Below are positions 1-8,165 of a DNA stretch of 16,182 nt, one piece after another. The notes below the pieces were generated by a model. It worked only from the letters and a program-made list of their open reading frames with translations. It had not been told where the DNA came from and did no database searches. The stretch lies in UHGV virus genome UHGV-0039965; one strand, given 5' to 3'. A program made the translations under genes and the position numbers. Positions within the stretch are counted from its first letter, which is position 1. Each line of letters opens with the position of its first letter. This DNA is from a virus.

Positions 1-14
1 CAAAGCGAGGTAAA

Positions 15-41
15 GGGGTATGAGAAAAACTCACATACCCC
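15..41 (-). terminator. Candidate hairpin just 3' of the lipoprotein gene
   Basis: Inverted repeat GGGGTATG ... CATACCCC (8 bp stem, short T-rich loop on the minus strand) begins about 10 nt after the stop at 50-52. The trailing sequence is only weakly T-rich, so intrinsic-terminator function is uncertain. Confidence 0.3.
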
Positions 42-49
42 AACACAAA

Positions 50-469
50 TTAAAACGCGGTTGGGTGAATTCCATATTCACCGTTTGATCCATACCCTAT
101 GCGATACATCAAAGTACGATCTGTTGTCACCTTGCCCGCTTGTTCGCTCATGCCACCACCACATACTCCTTTTGGCCACGCGCTGAAGACATGATCACCA
201 ATCGTTGGGTATACAACGACTTTCTGAGCTGTACCTAAATCTGCCACCTCTTTACCATCAACATAAACACGGGAAAAACACGCGCTTCCAAAGAAACCCG
301 AGTCACGCTTGATGATCACCTCTCCCGTACCGTCTCGTTTTTCGAGTAACGCGGTACTGATAATTTGTTTTTCAGGAACAGGAGTGGCTTGTTCATTTGA
401 GACAGGTTTTGTAGCACAACCGACAAGAGCAAGCATAATCCCACAGGCAAGACCATTTTTAACGACCAT
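50..469 (-). CDS. Putative lipoprotein of unknown function, possible prophage cargo gene
   Basis: 139-aa ORF whose N-terminus MVVKNGLACGIMLALVGC has a hydrophobic core followed by a lipobox-like L-V-G-C. It sits immediately downstream of tail gene D on the same strand. I do not recognise the family. Confidence 0.5.
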   Translation of the reverse strand: MVVKNGLACGIMLALVGCATKPVSNEQATPVPEKQIISTALLEKRDGTGEVIIKRDSGFFGSACFSRVYVDGKEVADLGTAQKVVVYPTIGDHVFSAWPKGVCGGGMSEQAGKVTTDRTLMYRIGYGSNGEYGIHPTAF

Positions 470-635
470 GTTTGAAAACTCCCAATATTAAAAATATGTC
501 AGCATCTAACGATAACAACGTTCAGCACCAGAGACTCTTCGTTCTCCGGCTTACGCCTAAAAATATCGCAGGTGCCGTTTGCAGTCGACATCTGTTAATA
601 CTAAATTCATACCGCCACCGGCTCGCCGAGCCCAT

Positions 636-1679
636 TTACTCCAGAGACAGCCGAACCGAAAAACCGTTTTCAGCGAGCGTCAGACTCAGTGTGTTGATAG
701 TCCAGTCCCGGTCCTCCTCGGTCCCGAATCCTTGAGTTGTGACTTTGCATTCTGCTGTCAGCGACACTAAATCGAGCGTCGCTGGCGTCGTGTACGTCAT
801 AGAGAACTCTTTTTTAGCTGCACCGCCCTTGAGCCCTGGTGCAGCTTCTTTCGCTGCGTCGAGCGACGGCTCAACTGCCGGCCATTCAATGACAGGATCG
901 CCGCCACTACCTGTCCGCAATTCTTTGATCTGCCCAGTTGCTGTGTCGTGATATTTAATCAGATACGTCGGTTCCGGATTTTCGCCACCGCTACCACTAT
1001 CGCCACTTTGTCCATTTCTCGAATAGCCCCAGCTGGAGTTATCACGACGAGTTAGCGTGTAGTGCTGGAGCGGAGCACCGCTAACAGATTCGCCCGCGCC
1101 GCGCGGCAGGAATATCCAGTACCCGCCCGCGGGTTTACTCACCGCATCGAATCTCGTTGCGAGCCGCGACATCAGGTGCATATCTGACTCGCCGACCTGA
1201 TCGAGTTGCGTGATAACATTGTCTGCAAACCGCTTTGATACGCGTGGTTTTAGCCCATTATCGCTCGCTATTGTCGCAACGATATCGCTGACAGTGACGT
1301 CGCTCCAGGAACGAGTCTTTTTGCTCTGAACTGTCGGAGATCCTTTTGCTGCGTTCATCGGAGCCGCTTTTGCTGTGAAATCAACTACCCGGGGTTCACC
1401 GCCACTGCTAGCACCGTCAACGATGTATATCCCTTTATCAATTATCTGATTACCGAAACCGAGCCCAATACTGATTTTTACTCCGCGGGCCGGAATTTTC
1501 AGAGTTTCAGAAACTATTGCTACGCGGAGTTCGTCTGTCTGTTTACTGGAGCCGCCGTAATCTGTCAGCGTGATATTGATCAAACCTTTTCTTATTTTAT
1601 CCGTGATGTTTTTATTATCAGCAGATATATAAAAATTAGGTTTCCACGCCTCCACGCCAGTATTTACGTAATCACTCAT
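636..1679 (-). CDS. Phage tail protein D (P2 gpD-like)
   Basis: 347-aa ORF in the last position of the tail operon, directly after the gpX-like gene (3-nt gap). Size and position match gpD of P2-type tails. Confidence 0.8.
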   Translation of the reverse strand: MSDYVNTGVEAWKPNFYISADNKNITDKIRKGLINITLTDYGGSSKQTDELRVAIVSETLKIPARGVKISIGLGFGNQIIDKGIYIVDGASSGGEPRVVDFTAKAAPMNAAKGSPTVQSKKTRSWSDVTVSDIVATIASDNGLKPRVSKRFADNVITQLDQVGESDMHLMSRLATRFDAVSKPAGGYWIFLPRGAGESVSGAPLQHYTLTRRDNSSWGYSRNGQSGDSGSGGENPEPTYLIKYHDTATGQIKELRTGSGGDPVIEWPAVEPSLDAAKEAAPGLKGGAAKKEFSMTYTTPATLDLVSLTAECKVTTQGFGTEEDRDWTINTLSLTLAENGFSVRLSLE

Positions 1680-1682
1680 TCA

Positions 1683-1907
1683 TCAATCCCATAATTGCGT
1701 TTCTTTTTTAACCGGCTCTGGTTCGATATCTGGTAAAACAATTTTTTCTCCAGCACGAAACACGGCACACATATCCGTTACGCCGTAATTCGAAACCTGA
1801 TATAAAACAGTCTCTGTCGTTTTTGACGCTCTCCCGTAGACCGCAAGGCAGATCTGATCGAGACGGTCACCGTCCCGTGTAGTGTATGTAATCATTTGGG
1901 GCCCCAT
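1683..1907 (-). CDS. Phage tail protein X (gpX-like small tail protein)
   Basis: About 70-74 aa; sequence ...TTRDGDRLDQICLAVYG...GEKIVLPDI fits the gpX pattern, in the expected U-X-D order. The second ATG (start at 1895, MITYTT...) has a GGGG Shine-Dalgarno-like element 7-8 nt upstream and may be the true start. Confidence 0.8.
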   Translation of the reverse strand: MGPQMITYTTRDGDRLDQICLAVYGRASKTTETVLYQVSNYGVTDMCAVFRAGEKIVLPDIEPEPVKKETQLWD

Positions 1908-2068
1908 TAATTAAAAGGATTTCATAATGAGAATTAATTTTAGTAGTCGGAGAGGTATTAGTATTTCGGCGTCAAAAAAAATACCATCAGGTTGTTTTAC
2001 ATTTATGTTCGTAGTTTTTTTTATTATTTTTATACTTGTTAAGTGCTCTGGTAGCGCTTGATTTTGTA
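1896..2068. other. AT-rich 173-bp spacer between tail genes U and X
   Basis: Markedly AT-rich by eye, with long T/A runs, in an operon whose other junctions overlap or are under 20 bp apart. Contains a 44-codon plus-strand ORF (1927-2061) for a hydrophobic peptide with AAGGA 9 nt upstream of its ATG. Confidence 0.4.
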
Positions 2069-2497
2069 TTAATCTAGCGAAGCTCCATAATATTCGAGCG
2101 TGAGTGAAAAGTCCTGCGATTTAGGTGTTCCGCCCATCAAAAAGCTGTTTTGCGTTTCAGTTAGTTCTCGCAGCACCCAGTACCCTTTCACCTCCCCGGT
2201 CCCCAGCACTAGCTGCTGGGGTTCTCCCGTGTTCCCGAGCGCTCGCAAATCTGTCAACAGGCCGACGCCGCACCCGTCAAGAAATAAAGCGTTTATCTTT
2301 CCATCGATAGTAATTGTGGGGTTCGGTCGTCCGGTTATCTGCAACGCGTCGTTTTTCCCGAATCGTGTTTGCTGAGCCCAGCGCCAGGCGTCACTACGTT
2401 GCAGTTTGTTGTACGCTACTGTTGATATAGCAAAAATGAAATCACCCAGGCCGAGCATGATATCCTCAGCACCGTTTATTGCATCACTCATTGTCAC
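2069..2497 (-). CDS. Phage tail protein U (P2 gpU-like)
   Basis: 142-aa ORF; N-terminus ...IMLGLGDFIFAISTVAYNKLQRSDAWRW... resembles gpU. Its start overlaps the tape-measure stop by 4 nt. Confidence 0.85.
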   Translation of the reverse strand: MTMSDAINGAEDIMLGLGDFIFAISTVAYNKLQRSDAWRWAQQTRFGKNDALQITGRPNPTITIDGKINALFLDGCGVGLLTDLRALGNTGEPQQLVLGTGEVKGYWVLRELTETQNSFLMGGTPKSQDFSLTLEYYGASLD

Positions 2498-4134
2498 CCC
2501 GCCGCCGCTGGTTTATCAAACATCGCGCCACGATTGTACGAACTCGCAGCCTGTCTCAGTCCATCGAGCACCCCCGACGCTGCAGATTGTTGTATTGACT
2601 GCGGATCTGTCGCACCGACAATATTGATTTCGATTTTATTGTTTTGCTCCGGCGCAGGTGTCGAGACTGCCTGCTTCAACGTATCAATATTTAACGTCGA
2701 CGAATCCAGTGCTGCAGGCGCGGTATTTTTATTTACCATCCCGGATAATGGATTAACAAACGCGAGCATTGATTCTGCCTGAGATTTTGCCTGTTCTTGC
2801 CGTTCTGGATGCCGCATATTTTCGACAGCCTCTTCGGCTTTTGCCTTCGCAATATTATCAGCAGTCAATCCAGCGTTCGGTGAATATTTACCTCCCGAAT
2901 CCATAAACTCTTGATATGCCCGATTATATTCGTCATTATAAGTTTTCTGTTCTTCATCTGATTTTTCATCCGGAATAAGCCACTCCAGTTTCTTTACGAC
3001 AGCCCATATAATCTTCCCGAATTTGACGCAACCTTCTCCAAAATTGACGATGCCATCCCACATTTTTTTCATATTTTCTGGTTTTACCCACTCAGTAATT
3101 GTGCTGACAAAACCACCCTGATTATCCTTAAACCAGGATGTAAATGTTTCACGTACTGAGTCAAACGTCGGCGCGAGTTCCCCCCCGATTTTACCGAGTG
3201 TATCTGCAAGTCCCGACGTAATAGAGCCCCACAGATTTGTCACTGATACATGCGCACGCGCCGCCCCTTCCGCACCCTCTTTTGTTAACAAATTCGACTT
3301 TTGCGCGTCAGACATTGTCTGTTCCCAGCTTTTACCCGTCGCCTTCATATACGTCATGATCTTATTAGCCTCGCCCCCCATGAGCTGGTCAGCGAGGCTC
3401 GCCGCTTGCTTCTCATCTTTCATTTCAGAGATGCGACGCATAACCTCATTAAACTGTTTTTCCCGATCCCAGCCAGCCATTCGTTTTTTCGTCAGGCCAA
3501 TTTGAAATAACATGGGATTCAGGCTTTTTTCGTTTCCGATTTCGCCGATTTTATTTGTAAGTTCTTCAGACAAATCCCCGATATTTTCGCCGTTCAGGCC
3601 CGCGGCTTTACCAATATTTTCCCACGCAGCGTATTTTTCGACGCCAACGCCGTAGGACTTCGCCAGACCGAGTTTTTCTGACGTCTCTGCATTCATTGCC
3701 AGCGCACCAGCTGCAGCACCGCCAATGAGCCCTGCCGCGCCAAGTGTCCCCCATTTGATACCCCGCCCCGTAGCCCTCACCGCACCTGCGGCGGCTCGTC
3801 CGCCCCATTTTGCAGCTCCTTTTGCGCGACCCGTCCACTTCTCCAGCTGCTGTTTTTTAGCAAGTTGAGTATTCAGCGCCTCCTGGTCCTGCGTTGTCGC
3901 TTTTATCCGACGGTCCAGCTTTTGATACTGAGCAGATAAATCAGAAACGTCTTTACCTGCCAGTTTCATTGCTGCGATTTTGTCTTTTAATTTATCCTGA
4001 CTTTTCGTTAATTTCCCGACAGTAGACGACGTCTGCCGAATCGCATCATTGAGTTCTGTTGTACCGCGACGAAACGACGGGTCTATTCGCCCACCGAATA
4101 CAACCTGCGTTTTAAAGTTTTGAGAAATAGCCAT
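2494..4134 (-). CDS. Tail tape measure protein (P2 gpT-like)
   Basis: 546-aa ORF with an N-terminal coiled-coil-like K/Q/E-rich region, a Gly/Ala-rich hydrophobic stretch (GAAKWGGRAAAGAVRATG...GAAGLIGGAAAGALA) and a long mixed C-terminal region. It lies between the E chaperone and U. Confidence 0.85.
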   Translation of the reverse strand: MAISQNFKTQVVFGGRIDPSFRRGTTELNDAIRQTSSTVGKLTKSQDKLKDKIAAMKLAGKDVSDLSAQYQKLDRRIKATTQDQEALNTQLAKKQQLEKWTGRAKGAAKWGGRAAAGAVRATGRGIKWGTLGAAGLIGGAAAGALAMNAETSEKLGLAKSYGVGVEKYAAWENIGKAAGLNGENIGDLSEELTNKIGEIGNEKSLNPMLFQIGLTKKRMAGWDREKQFNEVMRRISEMKDEKQAASLADQLMGGEANKIMTYMKATGKSWEQTMSDAQKSNLLTKEGAEGAARAHVSVTNLWGSITSGLADTLGKIGGELAPTFDSVRETFTSWFKDNQGGFVSTITEWVKPENMKKMWDGIVNFGEGCVKFGKIIWAVVKKLEWLIPDEKSDEEQKTYNDEYNRAYQEFMDSGGKYSPNAGLTADNIAKAKAEEAVENMRHPERQEQAKSQAESMLAFVNPLSGMVNKNTAPAALDSSTLNIDTLKQAVSTPAPEQNNKIEINIVGATDPQSIQQSAASGVLDGLRQAASSYNRGAMFDKPAAAG

Positions 4135-4524
4135 CGATTTTCATGACCTCGTTTACATAGAAATTAAAAACCCGGTACGGCAGGTCCATTTGCGTATCGG
4201 GCGGGATGGCAAGTTTTTTCGCAATAAACGGAATCAGAATAACTATATCTGATGTCGGTCTTTCGGGGGCTTTACCAGTTCGTTAAACGCGGCCTCCATT
4301 TGATCGTAATCGCACGCAGGCAGTGCATATAAATCCTCACGCTCCAGATTTGCCAGGCGCGCCAGCATTGTCGCTGTCCGCTCTTCAAGACCACTTTTAT
4401 CGTTACTGAACATAATGCGGTCGCGTAATTTTGGTTCGCGAATAGTAATTGTATCGCGGCTCTCACCCTTAATAATAAACGGGCGAGAGAGCGTAATAGT
4501 CATACTGTCTAATAATGATTCCAT
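4112..4524 (-). CDS. Putative gpE+E' product made by a -1 ribosomal frameshift near the 3' end of the E gene
   Basis: The -1 frame is open for about 52 codons from the last ~10 codons of E, through the 108-bp E-T spacer, to a TAA at 4112-4114 inside the first codons of T. Predicted total is about 137 aa. No canonical X_XXY_YYZ heptamer; the only slip candidates are in GTAAAGCCCCCGAAAG at about 4261-4275. Confidence 0.35.
4243..4524 (-). CDS. Tail assembly chaperone (P2 gpE-like), 0-frame product
   Basis: 93-aa ORF between the tube gene and the tape measure, the position of gpE in P2-type tails. Confidence 0.75.
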   Translation of the reverse strand: MESLLDSMTITLSRPFIIKGESRDTITIREPKLRDRIMFSNDKSGLEERTATMLARLANLEREDLYALPACDYDQMEAAFNELVKPPKDRHQI

Positions 4525-4536
4525 TTTATTTGCCTT

Positions 4537-5049
4537 TTAATATACATGGAGAATACGAGCAACGCCCGCAAGAACGTCAACACCATTAATTACTCGTTTC
4601 ATTTTTGCAGGATGAATCTCGTAAATAACTTTTCCATTTTGAACTCGTTTATAATAGCTCGGCGCAATCGTTACTGATTGCCCAACTGCTGATTTTGAAT
4701 CAGTCCCCTGCGCGTCATCAGTAATCGCCGTAATAAGCCCCTCATATGTATCAATACGTTCAAAATTGACACCGTAATTGTCAGTATATGCACTTCGAAT
4801 TTCGAACCTTGTTTTAGCACCTGGTATTAATCCAAAATACCCCATCACACCAGAATCGGAGCCAGAGACTTTAAAACTGGCTGACATTTTCTCCATTCCT
4901 CCGTCCAGAGTGATAGCTGTATCCATCGCGCCTGTTTTAAACTCGTCTTCGATTATTTTCATATCGACTGGAGTATATTCAGTACAATTTAAAACCCGTT
5001 CGCCCTGCACGAATAGCGCAAACGCGCGGTAAGCGTTGCTGTCTGACAT
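4537..5049 (-). CDS. Tail tube protein (P2 FII-like)
   Basis: 170-aa ORF immediately downstream of the sheath gene; C-terminal ...KRVINGVDVLAGVARILHVY resembles the conserved C-terminus of FII-type tube proteins. Confidence 0.85.
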   Translation of the reverse strand: MSDSNAYRAFALFVQGERVLNCTEYTPVDMKIIEDEFKTGAMDTAITLDGGMEKMSASFKVSGSDSGVMGYFGLIPGAKTRFEIRSAYTDNYGVNFERIDTYEGLITAITDDAQGTDSKSAVGQSVTIAPSYYKRVQNGKVIYEIHPAKMKRVINGVDVLAGVARILHVY

Positions 5050-5066
5050 ATTTAATCTCCGAATTA

Positions 5067-6569
5067 TCAGGCTGCTTCTTTAAAAAGGGAGGCCAGTGCT
5101 TCAACTGTATAGTCATTATTAATGCGGTACATTAACGTAATTGTTTGTGCCGGAGATTTCGGACCAAAATCAACATTAATATAAAGATTACCCGCAGCCA
5201 GGCTTTCTTTTGTATTCAGCTCACTGTCTAACCACGCACGCCCTCCGTTAATCGCACCCTGCTCCTCTAATTTGTGCAGATATGCGTTTATCGACTCGAC
5301 AACGTCTGTTCCGAGGTGCAGGTCTATCGGACGAACAATAAAATCGGTCATCATTGCCCGGGCTATAGAATCCTCAATTACGTCAGCTGTTCGACGAACG
5401 CTCTCGAAAGACCATTGCGGGCTGAGGCTGCACAAATAGTTACCCCAGTGTCTGAACCCGTCATAGCGAATAATCGTGCTGACCTGGCTGGCATTCAGCA
5501 GGTTCGCTGTGCAGTTTGTCTCACCAATAATAAAATCGTCGACTTGTTCAAGCCCTGTAACTCCGTAGATATTCTGGTTCGATTTACTCCACCAGAATCC
5601 TTTTTCATTATCAATTCGGGCTCGTAAACCAGCAGCGATAGCTGAATACGGACGAGATAACCCACTGACATCACTCGTAGAATAAACGCGAGGTCGCAAC
5701 AACTCAGCGCGTCCGCCGAGTTTTTGCCTGCGATTCACAACGTCTGCAGGGGTAGCAGCGCGCGGAGAGTCGATATAACACACTCCCCGGAGTTTATTTG
5801 CAACCACTTCAAGCTGAGCCGCTATTTCGTCTCGTGCGCTGTAATCCGGCGCTATAATAATTCGCGGGGTAACTTCGTTAATTTGCGCTGACGTCAAAAG
5901 CGAATTAATTCCGGCGATAACATTTTCGCTCATATCAGCGTCGTCGCTACTCTCTACAACGCGAACAACAACGATTAATGCATCAGTCTGATTTAAAATA
6001 TCAGAAATAGCGGGGGGCAGAGTCCCGTATTTCCCGAGCAGGGCGGCTTTCTTCTGACTACCTGCAATTAATACAGGAGAATTAATCGGGAATGCGTCAT
6101 CTGTTCCACCTGATAAATTTGTTGGTGGAAGACCAAATACTGTACCGGTTCCGGAATGCTCGCCACCAAAAGTTACATTAATCCACTCTCCGTCTGTTTT
6201 CCCCTCTCTATATTCCTGATTCTGATCATACATTTTGCCGGGGGTCATTCCCGGCTCCGTAATCATCGTTAATTTTTTTGTTCCGTCGGGCAGCGTGCTA
6301 TATCCTGGAGTGCAGGTTGCGCCCTCAACTGTCATATCTACAATTTCAACAACCCATTTATTCCCGTCGCTGCCCGGTGATACAGTTGAAAACTCAACGA
6401 GATTATCAGCCAGCGATGAGCCCCACGTTAATGATGCTCTCGTAGCCTCCGCGACGTTCGTCGCAGTACCAACAATCCCAATCACGGAAATATCTACTGT
6501 GTTGATCTCTTTTGTGCCGTCGTCGTATTCGAGCGTGCGAATACCGTGCAAAAAATTAGTTACGCTCAT
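5067..6569 (-). CDS. Contractile tail sheath protein (P2 FI-like)
   Basis: 500-aa ORF. The segment LRARIDNEKGFWWSKSNQNIYGVTGL ... STIIRYDGFRHWGN ... AGNLYINVDFGP matches the conserved sheath core as I recall it for FI-type proteins. Its start ATG overlaps the stop of the upstream -1 frame (ATGA). Confidence 0.9.
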   Translation of the reverse strand: MSVTNFLHGIRTLEYDDGTKEINTVDISVIGIVGTATNVAEATRASLTWGSSLADNLVEFSTVSPGSDGNKWVVEIVDMTVEGATCTPGYSTLPDGTKKLTMITEPGMTPGKMYDQNQEYREGKTDGEWINVTFGGEHSGTGTVFGLPPTNLSGGTDDAFPINSPVLIAGSQKKAALLGKYGTLPPAISDILNQTDALIVVVRVVESSDDADMSENVIAGINSLLTSAQINEVTPRIIIAPDYSARDEIAAQLEVVANKLRGVCYIDSPRAATPADVVNRRQKLGGRAELLRPRVYSTSDVSGLSRPYSAIAAGLRARIDNEKGFWWSKSNQNIYGVTGLEQVDDFIIGETNCTANLLNASQVSTIIRYDGFRHWGNYLCSLSPQWSFESVRRTADVIEDSIARAMMTDFIVRPIDLHLGTDVVESINAYLHKLEEQGAINGGRAWLDSELNTKESLAAGNLYINVDFGPKSPAQTITLMYRINNDYTVEALASLFKEAA

Positions 6570-6954
6570 TTTATTCCTTCTCTATTTTCACCAATTCGCG
6601 TCGCTATTGCTTCTTTAAGCTCGGCCAAGTTTTCGATTTGCGCGTCAGATGCGGTTCCGGCATCTACTGCACACTGAATTGAGAATGCCTCAATTGACAG
6701 ATCGCCAACAGTCCGTAATGTAGTCTGGAGTTTTTGCGTCTGCTCTTTTTTACAAATTTAGAAATGCTCCCATAATCCCCGCTCAGCGCTCTTTCATATA
6801 AAACCCTACCGTGTTCCTCGCAATCATTTTTCATTGCGGTGAATGGAATGTCGTTTCCAATCCCGTCAATATCGCAAATAATATTTATAGATAACCCATG
6901 CTCGTCATTAAAAACAGGGTTTGTTATTTTTCTAAATGAATCAACACTTATCAT
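6566..6954 (-). CDS. Full-length frameshift product (~131 aa) of the fibre-chaperone-like gene
   Basis: A -1 shift at the heptamer enters a frame open for 59 codons (EQTQKLQTTLRTVGDLSIEAFSIQCAVDAGTASDAQIENLAELKEAIATRIGENREGIK). That frame has no ATG or GTG of its own and ends in a TGA overlapping the sheath ATG. Confidence 0.45.
6664..6954 (-). CDS. Fibre-chaperone-like protein, 0-frame product (96 aa) of a gene carrying a -1 frameshift site
   Basis: ORF starting in a TAATG overlap with the tail-fibre stop. The first ~72 aa look protein-like; the last ~26 aa after the A-run (SRRKNSRLHYGLLAICQLRHSQFSVQ) look like out-of-frame sequence. Confidence 0.55.
   Translation of the reverse strand: MISVDSFRKITNPVFNDEHGLSINIICDIDGIGNDIPFTAMKNDCEEHGRVLYERALSGDYGSISKFVKKSRRKNSRLHYGLLAICQLRHSQFSVQ
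6745..6751 (-). other. Canonical -1 slippery heptamer A_AAA_AAG (recoding signal or homopolymer frameshift hotspot)
   Basis: Minus-strand sequence GGGAGCATTTCTAAATTTGTA AAA AAG AGC: the 0-frame codons are GTA AAA AAG, so the heptamer is in the correct register, with a Shine-Dalgarno-like GGGAG 15 nt upstream. This resembles the E. coli dnaX frameshift cassette. Confidence 0.5.
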
Positions 6955-8165
6955 TACGCAATCCTAATAGCTAAAAAACAGGCAGTCCCAATATCACCGA
7001 CCCCGCCTGGTGAATACGCCATAGCTCGCCATGAGCCAACAAGGGGTGTGTCATAAAATGGTTTTGTGGCAATATCCGTGTTATATGAACCGGTATTATT
7101 TATACTAGCGTAATATAAATCACCTCCAGCCCATATGGAGCCCGGTAGTATTTGTGGTGCATGATTAATAGCGACAAGCGCATAAGTATTAACCGCGCCA
7201 ACAACACCTATTTCCGGTGATGGGTCCGGTGAAAGACTTATATCTATGTTGCCATTTTCATCCGGCGACTCCCCGTTAATCGTTTTAACCGGTTTAAGAT
7301 TAGCCTCATTCCAGTATTTATACGTCATTCCGCCACACAGTAATACCAGGCCATCATAGTGAACTCCGCGTAATCTATAAAAAACCTTCTGATTGTTTTC
7401 TCCACGGGTCGAAAAATCTAAATAATCGCCCGACACATCTGATAAACCAGCAAGTGAAAACAACGTCAAATCAGTGCCCGGTTTGTTTATATTTATTTGT
7501 TTTTTAGAGGATAAAACGTCTTCAAAAATCACATCATCTTTAAAAGTATTTGGATGAGTAAATGCATTACCCTTATCTCTATATGCAACGTCCCCATCTA
7601 TACCAATATTTTTCCGCGCAGCCTGCTGAGCAGTTTCACCATTTGCGGGAATTTCAGATAAGTTTTTACTTATCTGCAAATATTTTTTGTCAGCTTCCTC
7701 GGGAGTTACGTAGTTGTCATATACTACAACATTAACCGTAGATGTGCTGGACACCGCGAGTGTGTATTTATACGTGATTGAAATCAGCGCACCGTTGCTG
7801 TCCGTAGGTTTTAAAATGTCCGGCGAGCGCGCCACAGAGTACAGCTCGCCTTTATCTGTTAATATCCCCACCTCACGGATAGTATAGCCCCCAGTGTCTG
7901 GCGGTACGTAAAGTGTAAAGATAACCTGGTTACCGCTATTTTCTGCGGATTTAATATCCCCACGATACGTCTCGTGAATTAATGCAGTTCGTGCCGGGTC
8001 CGGTGTTACGTCGTCGTTTCCGTTTGCGTCGCCAATAACGAATTTATTCAGCACCACGGGTACACCCGATGCCAGCGCAGCGGCTTCAAGTTGCGCCCCC
8101 CGGTCTGTCAGTACCGCATAAACCTGGCTCGCGCTCGCTTTCAGATTTGATTTTAATTTAGCCAT
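6954..8165 (-). CDS. Tail fibre protein (P2 gpH-like N-terminal domain)
   Basis: 403-aa ORF; N-terminus ...VIGDANGNDDVTPDPARTALIHETYRGDI...YTIREVGILTDKGELYSVA follows the conserved N-terminal domain pattern of P2-type fibres, with a Ser/Thr/Asn/Gly-rich variable C-terminal part. It follows gpI with an 8-nt overlap. Confidence 0.8.
   Translation of the reverse strand: MAKLKSNLKASASQVYAVLTDRGAQLEAAALASGVPVVLNKFVIGDANGNDDVTPDPARTALIHETYRGDIKSAENSGNQVIFTLYVPPDTGGYTIREVGILTDKGELYSVARSPDILKPTDSNGALISITYKYTLAVSSTSTVNVVVYDNYVTPEEADKKYLQISKNLSEIPANGETAQQAARKNIGIDGDVAYRDKGNAFTHPNTFKDDVIFEDVLSSKKQININKPGTDLTLFSLAGLSDVSGDYLDFSTRGENNQKVFYRLRGVHYDGLVLLCGGMTYKYWNEANLKPVKTINGESPDENGNIDISLSPDPSPEIGVVGAVNTYALVAINHAPQILPGSIWAGGDLYYASINNTGSYNTDIATKPFYDTPLVGSWRAMAYSPGGVGDIGTACFLAIRIA

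Noticed and set aside
620-632. Short inverted repeat GGCTC-GCC-GAGCC immediately after the D stop codon
   Set aside because: Only a 5-bp stem with a 3-nt loop and no following T-tract on the transcribed strand. Too weak to call a terminator.
2100-2627. Plus-strand ORFs (2100-2375, 2125-2310, 2406-2627) antisense to genes U and T
   Set aside because: Antisense to well-supported tail genes, Pro/Ser/Arg-rich low-complexity translations, and no ribosome-binding sites.
3608-3838. 76-aa minus-strand ORF rich in Arg/Cys/Trp inside the tape measure gene
   Set aside because: It lies fully inside the tape-measure reading frame region in an alternative frame over a GC-rich Gly/Ala-coding stretch. Its composition is typical of an off-frame translation.
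6954-8165. Possible invertible host-range switch near the tail fibre gene
   Set aside because: No invertase gene is present in the window and I could not see flanking inverted repeats around the fibre C-terminus or the chaperone-like gene.
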